DNA from: Candidatus Hermodarchaeota archaeon
Lineage (GTDB): Archaea > Asgardarchaeota > Heimdallarchaeia > Hodarchaeales > Hodarchaeaceae
DNA length: 32,000 nt
Assembly: GCA_048886185.1 (NCBI GenBank)
Contig: JBHLKY010000018.1
Span: forward strand, 19,151-51,150
Reading direction: 5' to 3'
Position 1 is the stretch's first letter. Each line of letters starts with the position of its first letter. The notes below the pieces were generated by a model that did not search any database, had not been told where the DNA came from, and worked only from the letters and a program-made list of their open reading frames with translations. Shown piece after piece: positions 27,019 to 32,000 of the stretch. Position numbers and translations under genes: made by a program.

Positions 27019-29871
27019 ATGAGAGATAACATAGAAGTAATTGGAGCACGTCAGAATAATCTCAAGAACATCTCTGTCAAGCTTCCACGGAATAAACTAA
27101 CAGTAATTACTGGTGTCAGTGGGAGTGGAAAATCAAGTCTTGCTTTTGATGTGATCTTTGGTGAAGGGCAACGATTATTTCTAGAATCGCTTTCTACATA
27201 TGCTCGCTCACGCGTTGTCCAAGTAAGGCGACCAGATGTTGATTTTGTGTATGGTCTCTCTTCAGTTGTATCTATTGAACAGCACCAAGGAATTCGGAAC
27301 TATAGGTCAACAGTTGGCACTCTTACTGATATAAACACCTATCTTCGCTTGTTGTTTTCAACGATGGGACAAGCTCATTGTCCTTACTGTGAGAGACAAG
27401 TCCCCATTAAATCAATTAATCAAATTCTTGAACATCTCTTATCCCTCCAGAAAGAAACCATGATAGAAATTTTAGCCCCAGTGTTTAAGATTTATGGAGA
27501 AAAATATCGTTATTTATTTGATGAACTTCGGAAAAGAGGACTAGGGAAGATTCGGATTGTTAATAAAGAGTATGATATTGGAGATAAGATTAAACTAGAT
27601 GAAGAAAACGATCATCAAATTTTGGCATTTATTGATAAATTTGAAGTTTCGAGTGATCTTCATCAACGAATCCTTGATTCTCTCCGTGAATGTCAGCGAA
27701 TCGGAGGAGGATTTATTCAGATTAACCTAAGGGATTCAGAATCCAACTCAATATACGATTTCACTTGTCCAGAACACAACATAACGATGGTAAAACCCAA
27801 ACCTTGGTATTTTAGTCCTAATGAAAGTGATAGTGCTTGTCTTACTTGTATGGGGCTAGGAATTTATCGTAAAGCAGTTCCATATTTGGTTGTAGAAAAT
27901 GAAAAGAAAACTATTCGGGAGGGGGCAATAAATTCGAATATCTTTAATGTAAAGCATCCTTTTAAATATTTAGTAATTTTTAGTTTGGCAAAGCATTATA
28001 ACTTCAGCCTAGATAGGCCATTTAATGAACTTCCCGAGGAAATACATAATATTCTTTTTTATGGAACCAAGGGAGAGAAATTTGAACTTCATCAACCTCC
28101 GAAAATGAAACAATCGTTCTCAAATGTTGGTAAGAAGGTAAAATTCGAAGGACTCATACCTCCGATTGATAGATGGTATAAACAACGAGTTCGTCAGCAA
28201 TCCCAACGACAAGCAAAGACTATGGAAGAACACATTTTCTTTCGCGGAATGACAGATATCACATGTCCTGATTGTAATGGTGTAAAATTACTTTCTCAAC
28301 GTCTTTTAGTTCGAATTAAAGGAAAAAATATCCATGAATTAGGAGAATTAACACTTACGGAATTATTAGACTTTCTAGGTGAGATTGAAGTTAATGAAGA
28401 ACGAAAACATATTGATCTTCCTATTGTTGAAGAACTGAAGAAGCGACTTTCTTTGTTGTGTGAAATTGGAGTTGGTTATTTATCTTTGAATCGTGAAGCC
28501 CATACACTTTCAGGTGGAGAAACTCAACGCGTTCGAATGTCAACTCAAATTGGCTCAGGATTGATGGGAATGCTATATATTCTTGATGAACCCTCCATAG
28601 GATTACATCATAGAGACAATTATCGTATTATTAATATGTTAAAGAAATTACGTGATATTGGAAATACAGTTATTGTTGTTGAACATGATACAGAGATGAT
28701 GGAGGCAGCAGACTGGATTTTGGATATGGGGCCAGGATCAGGGGAGAAAGGGGGGTATATTGTTGCTCAGGGAAGTGTTGAGGAAGTAAAAAAGGCAAAA
28801 AAATCCATTACAGGACAATATCTAGCCAGAATTAAAACAATCCCTGCACGGAATTCTCGAAGAGAATCAAATGGTGAATCGATACATATAATTGGTGCTA
28901 GAGAGAATAATTTAAAGAATTTTAGTGTAAAAATTCCTTTGGGAAACTTTGTATGTATTACTGGTGTTTCAGGCTCAGGAAAAAGCAGTTTAATCAATGA
29001 GATCTTAGCTAAAGCTTTATTATCAAGAAAGAATCGAAGAGTGATCCCAGGTAAACATGACTGTATAGAACACCTTGATCTCATCAAGGATATCCGGATA
29101 ATGGATCAATCTCCAATCGGACGTACATCCCGCTCTAATCCCGCTACTTATGTAGGATTTTACAATAAAATCCGTGAAATTTTCTCTGAATTAGCTGAAT
29201 CAAGGGAGAGGGGTTATACAAAAACCACATTTAGTTACAATTCTAAGGATAGTGGCAGATGTGAGGAGTGTGAAGGGACAGGTGAAATTGTCACTGCACT
29301 GCAATTCATGCCTGATGTGAAATCTAAGTGCCCTGTATGTAAAGGAAAGAGATTTAAAAATGAAATATTAGAAATCACCTATAATGGGTTCAATATTGCT
29401 GATGTAATGGAACTATCGGTAGAAGCAGCTCTGAAAGTCTTTAAGGATGTACGCTTAATCCGCTATAAACTTAAAATAATGAATGATTTAGGATTAGGTT
29501 ACTTAAAACTTGGCCAGTCGTCAACAACATTAAGTGGAGGGGAAGCCCAACGTGTTAAGCTTGCAACAGAATTGGGAAAAATAAAACGTCACCAACAAAA
29601 TCTATATATCTTTGATGAACCCTCAATTGGACTGCATCTAGCAGATATTCAAAAATTACTTCACTGCATCGATAAATTGATTGAGGCTGAGAATACTGTT
29701 ATAGTTATTGAACATAATCTCGAAATCATCAAGATGGCAGATTATGTGATTGATCTTGGACCAGAAGGAGGGACTGGAGGTGGTTATCTTGTTGCTGCAG
29801 GAACACCAGAAACTATCGCCCAGAATGATGAGTCAATTACTGGTCACTATCTAAAAACAGTTATTAACTAG
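27019..29871 (+). CDS. uvrA: Divergent UvrA-family ABC ATPase
   Basis: Two Walker A motifs GVSGSGKSSL, two LSGGE signatures, LDEPSIGLH / FDEPSIGLH, zinc modules (CPYC, CPEH, CLTC, CPDC, CEEC, CPVC), GARQNNLKN / GARENNLKN. May be a paralogue rather than the NER uvrA. Confidence 0.85.
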   Translation: MRDNIEVIGARQNNLKNISVKLPRNKLTVITGVSGSGKSSLAFDVIFGEGQRLFLESLSTYARSRVVQVRRPDVDFVYGLSSVVSIEQHQGIRNYRSTVGTLTDINTYLRLLFSTMGQAHCPYCERQVPIKSINQILEHLLSLQKETMIEILAPVFKIYGEKYRYLFDELRKRGLGKIRIVNKEYDIGDKIKLDEENDHQILAFIDKFEVSSDLHQRILDSLRECQRIGGGFIQINLRDSESNSIYDFTCPEHNITMVKPKPWYFSPNESDSACLTCMGLGIYRKAVPYLVVENEKKTIREGAINSNIFNVKHPFKYLVIFSLAKHYNFSLDRPFNELPEEIHNILFYGTKGEKFELHQPPKMKQSFSNVGKKVKFEGLIPPIDRWYKQRVRQQSQRQAKTMEEHIFFRGMTDITCPDCNGVKLLSQRLLVRIKGKNIHELGELTLTELLDFLGEIEVNEERKHIDLPIVEELKKRLSLLCEIGVGYLSLNREAHTLSGGETQRVRMSTQIGSGLMGMLYILDEPSIGLHHRDNYRIINMLKKLRDIGNTVIVVEHDTEMMEAADWILDMGPGSGEKGGYIVAQGSVEEVKKAKKSITGQYLARIKTIPARNSRRESNGESIHIIGARENNLKNFSVKIPLGNFVCITGVSGSGKSSLINEILAKALLSRKNRRVIPGKHDCIEHLDLIKDIRIMDQSPIGRTSRSNPATYVGFYNKIREIFSELAESRERGYTKTTFSYNSKDSGRCEECEGTGEIVTALQFMPDVKSKCPVCKGKRFKNEILEITYNGFNIADVMELSVEAALKVFKDVRLIRYKLKIMNDLGLGYLKLGQSSTTLSGGEAQRVKLATELGKIKRHQQNLYIFDEPSIGLHLADIQKLLHCIDKLIEAENTVIVIEHNLEIIKMADYVIDLGPEGGTGGGYLVAAGTPETIAQNDESITGHYLKTVIN

Positions 29872-29888
29872 TTAGTGAGAATATACCA

Positions 29889-30821
29889 TTGACAATGGAA
29901 CAATTAGAGCATATTCAATTAACGAAAAACATAGTTACAACCTCAATGAATCCTCGAGAAGTTCAAAAGCTATTAAGGAGTTATGAAACTCAGACTATGA
30001 GCTGTCTTATCTTAGAAGATGAACTCTTTTTTGTAGATACGCTTGCTCGAATTGATTTAACAAAACAATTTCGTCAGGATATGGAAAAGCGATTTAAAAA
30101 GCCAACAACTCATTTATTACTCACACACGATCATTGGCACTGTGCATTTGGAATGAGTGTCTTTGAAGACGTTACTGTTGCGATATCCAGTGCAGGTAAG
30201 TCCTATTATAGAAAGAATTTAAAATACGGAGTTTATGAGAAGTTTAAAAATAGAATAATACGTAATATTCCTGATGATGACAAATTACGAGAACTTTTAC
30301 TAGAAGCACCTCTTTTTGTTCCTCATGTTGGTATTAGTAACATCAGATATTTTGGACAAAATGATGAAGTTTTTTTCAAGGTTATAGGTATGCATACACG
30401 CCCCTCCTCGATGATCTATGTGAAACCAGATAAGACATTGTTCACAGGGGGAGCTCTAAATACTGTTTATGGACAATCCATCTGGCCACTACAAGCAATC
30501 GAGCTCTATCGGGAATGGGAAAAAATGGAAATAGATTACGTTGTTCCTGGACACGGTTTTGTCACTGATAAGCAGTATATTACTATCATTAGAAAATATT
30601 TTGAGGAGCTCGTTGCCAAACTTCGTGAATTGAGAAATCAGGGTCTTACAAAGACTCAAGTCTTGAAACATAATGATTTACCTGAATATCCTGGAAAAAA
30701 ACAAAAGAGTTGGATTGAAGGGAGTGATTTTCACACAAAAGTTGTGAATAATCTGATTAAATGGTGGTATGGACAGATTTTAAAAGAACAATCCGATAAT
30801 GATCTCCTATTCATAAGTTGA
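29889..30821 (+). CDS. Metallo-beta-lactamase-fold protein with atypical metal motif
   Basis: FVDT, THDHWHC in place of HxHxDH, MHT, FTGG in place of FTGD, VPGHG. Start TTG 29889 or ATG 29895. Confidence 0.75.
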   Translation: MTMEQLEHIQLTKNIVTTSMNPREVQKLLRSYETQTMSCLILEDELFFVDTLARIDLTKQFRQDMEKRFKKPTTHLLLTHDHWHCAFGMSVFEDVTVAISSAGKSYYRKNLKYGVYEKFKNRIIRNIPDDDKLRELLLEAPLFVPHVGISNIRYFGQNDEVFFKVIGMHTRPSSMIYVKPDKTLFTGGALNTVYGQSIWPLQAIELYREWEKMEIDYVVPGHGFVTDKQYITIIRKYFEELVAKLRELRNQGLTKTQVLKHNDLPEYPGKKQKSWIEGSDFHTKVVNNLIKWWYGQILKEQSDNDLLFIS

Positions 30822-30981
30822 TGGACAAAATATCAAGGGAGTTTCTCTCTTAGCTATAATATTTGAAATTATGTACTTTCCTCCTAGCAGTAAAGCAGAT
30901 ATAATATTAAATCTAATATTCGAATAAATTATTTAGAAAGTGTTAAGATTATTCTTTCCTTAGAATGAATAAGGATGAACG

Positions 30982-31587
30982 TTGATTGTACTTAAGGTCG
31001 TATTAATTGGCGATGGTGGGGTTGGAAAGACTGCGATTCGTGAACGCTATTTAGGGAAAGGATTTGAGTCCCAATACGTTTTAACTATTGGCGCAGACTT
31101 TGCCACAAGGGATGATGTCGTATATGGAAGCCGTGTACGATATCAAATTTGGGATTTGGCAGGGCAGGAACGCTTCGATGGCGTTAGGGGAGTTTATTAT
31201 AGAGGAGCACTCGGTGCACTACTTGTGTTTGATGTTACGAGGCCTGATTCGTACTTTAATGTTCCTAAATGGGTTAAAGAGCTTTGGTCTCATAATGGGA
31301 GGAGTAAAGTGCCAGTTGTTATTGTGGCAAACAAGATAGACCTTCGTGAGTCTGAAAAAGAGACAATAAGTTCTGAACAAGGCAGATTATTTGCTGAAAA
31401 ACTCACCAAGATAACTTCTCGCGAAGGATTTGCATGCAATTATATTGAAACATCAGCCAAGACTGGGGCTAAAATCTCAGATGCATTCTCATTGCTTGGG
31501 GAAAATATCATGAAATATGCAGAAAAGCGAGAAAATATTCGTCAAAACACAGCTCGTCCCGTCGAACATATGATAACCGAACAGTAA
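30982..31587 (+). CDS. Rab-like small GTPase (Ras superfamily)
   Basis: G1 GDGGVGKT, G2 TIGADF, G3 WDLAGQE, YYRGA, G4 NKID, G5 ETSAK; no C-terminal Cys. Confidence 0.9.
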   Translation: MIVLKVVLIGDGGVGKTAIRERYLGKGFESQYVLTIGADFATRDDVVYGSRVRYQIWDLAGQERFDGVRGVYYRGALGALLVFDVTRPDSYFNVPKWVKELWSHNGRSKVPVVIVANKIDLRESEKETISSEQGRLFAEKLTKITSREGFACNYIETSAKTGAKISDAFSLLGENIMKYAEKRENIRQNTARPVEHMITEQ

Positions 31588-31690
31588 TTTAACAGTGATT
31601 GTAGAAATTTTTTTATTTATAGCTACCAATAGAATGAAGTCTAGGTAAAACACCTTTTTCCAGAATAAACACTCTTTTATTTATGATCCC

Positions 31691-32000
31691 GTGCCGTGCC
31701 AAAACCACTTCAGTATATACTCAATAGATATTGTTGGTCATCCTGGGAAGAGTGCGGAAGTCCAGCTTTCTTCAAAGGATTTGAGTTATGGACACTGGTT
31801 ATTTGATGTTGTTGAAGAGTTAGGATTTAAGAAAGTCAATATATACGCTAGATCCTTTGGTGCAGGTATTGCGATACGGCTAGCAACAGTTGCTCCTGAA
31901 AAAATTAATAAATTATTCCTTGTTATTCCTTCTGGTCTTGTTACAGGATCAATTAAAGACCAATCGAAAATTATGATCCCGTACATAAGATATCGGATCA
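31691..32000 (+). pseudogene. 5'-truncated alpha/beta hydrolase running off the right edge
   Basis: Plus-strand frame reads QNHFSIYSIDIVGHPGKS...ARSFGAGIAIRLATVAPEKINKLFLVIPSG. In-frame TAA at 31646, no ATG, and the N-terminal HG oxyanion strand is missing. Confidence 0.65.

Noticed and set aside
2792-30671. Short ORF-track entries antisense to or nested in long genes (e.g. 2792-3049, 7812-8030, 10554-10880, 11828-12022, 13917-14291, 14244-14501, 14771-14959, 15305-15535, 18012-18257, 18944-19213, 22067-22336, 23288-23518, 24239-24472, 25632-25814, 25978-26235, 26416-26610, 28767-29087, 30489-30671)
   Set aside because: Shadow frames of well-supported genes, with no recognisable motifs.
31088-31339. 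83-aa same-strand ORF inside the GTPase gene
   Set aside because: Alternative frame of a strongly conserved gene; no motif or RBS.
22957-31587. Possible link between the ICMT-like methyltransferase and the Rab-like GTPase (prenyl-Cys methylation)
   Set aside because: The GTPase has no C-terminal Cys, the genes are ~7 kb apart, and ICMT/PEMT-like proteins are widespread in prokaryotes.
31786-31986. 66-aa minus-strand ORF
   Set aside because: Antisense to the plus-strand alpha/beta hydrolase frame, which carries clear family motifs.
1-32000. CRISPR arrays, tRNA/rRNA genes, IS elements, integrases
   Set aside because: No regularly spaced repeats, GC-rich structured RNA segments or recombinase motifs seen by eye; tRNAscan-SE and Infernal were not run.

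Overview
AT-rich archaeal chromosomal window. The Rab-like GTPase, PCNA-box-like C-termini, TATA-like promoters with GGAGG/GGTGA ribosome-binding sites and a REC-PAS-kinase suggest an Asgard archaeon, possibly Heimdallarchaeia (inference). It holds about 24 intact genes for accessory metabolism, transport, signalling and DNA damage. I saw no rRNA, tRNA, CRISPR array or transposase. Two candidate systems stand out. (1) A TIGR03916-type radical SAM gene plus its TIGR03915/DUF4130 partner, where the radical SAM protein ends in a canonical PIP box (QTRIREFF) and the partner in a PIP-like motif (SKKLDEFF), suggesting a PCNA-docked DNA modification/repair pair. (2) A tight operon of nucleotidyltransferase-winged-helix gene, divergent UvrA and metallo-beta-lactamase-fold gene with a remodelled metal site, with a 9-bp inverted repeat over its putative TATA box and no uvrB/uvrC in the window. 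An Fpg/Nei homologue lacks its canonical catalytic residues. Many spacers are gene relics the ORF track misses or splits (2-hydroxyacid dehydrogenase, YhhN-like, DUF302, GNAT, ICMT paralogue, alpha/beta hydrolase). All family assignments come from motif recognition by eye, not database searches.
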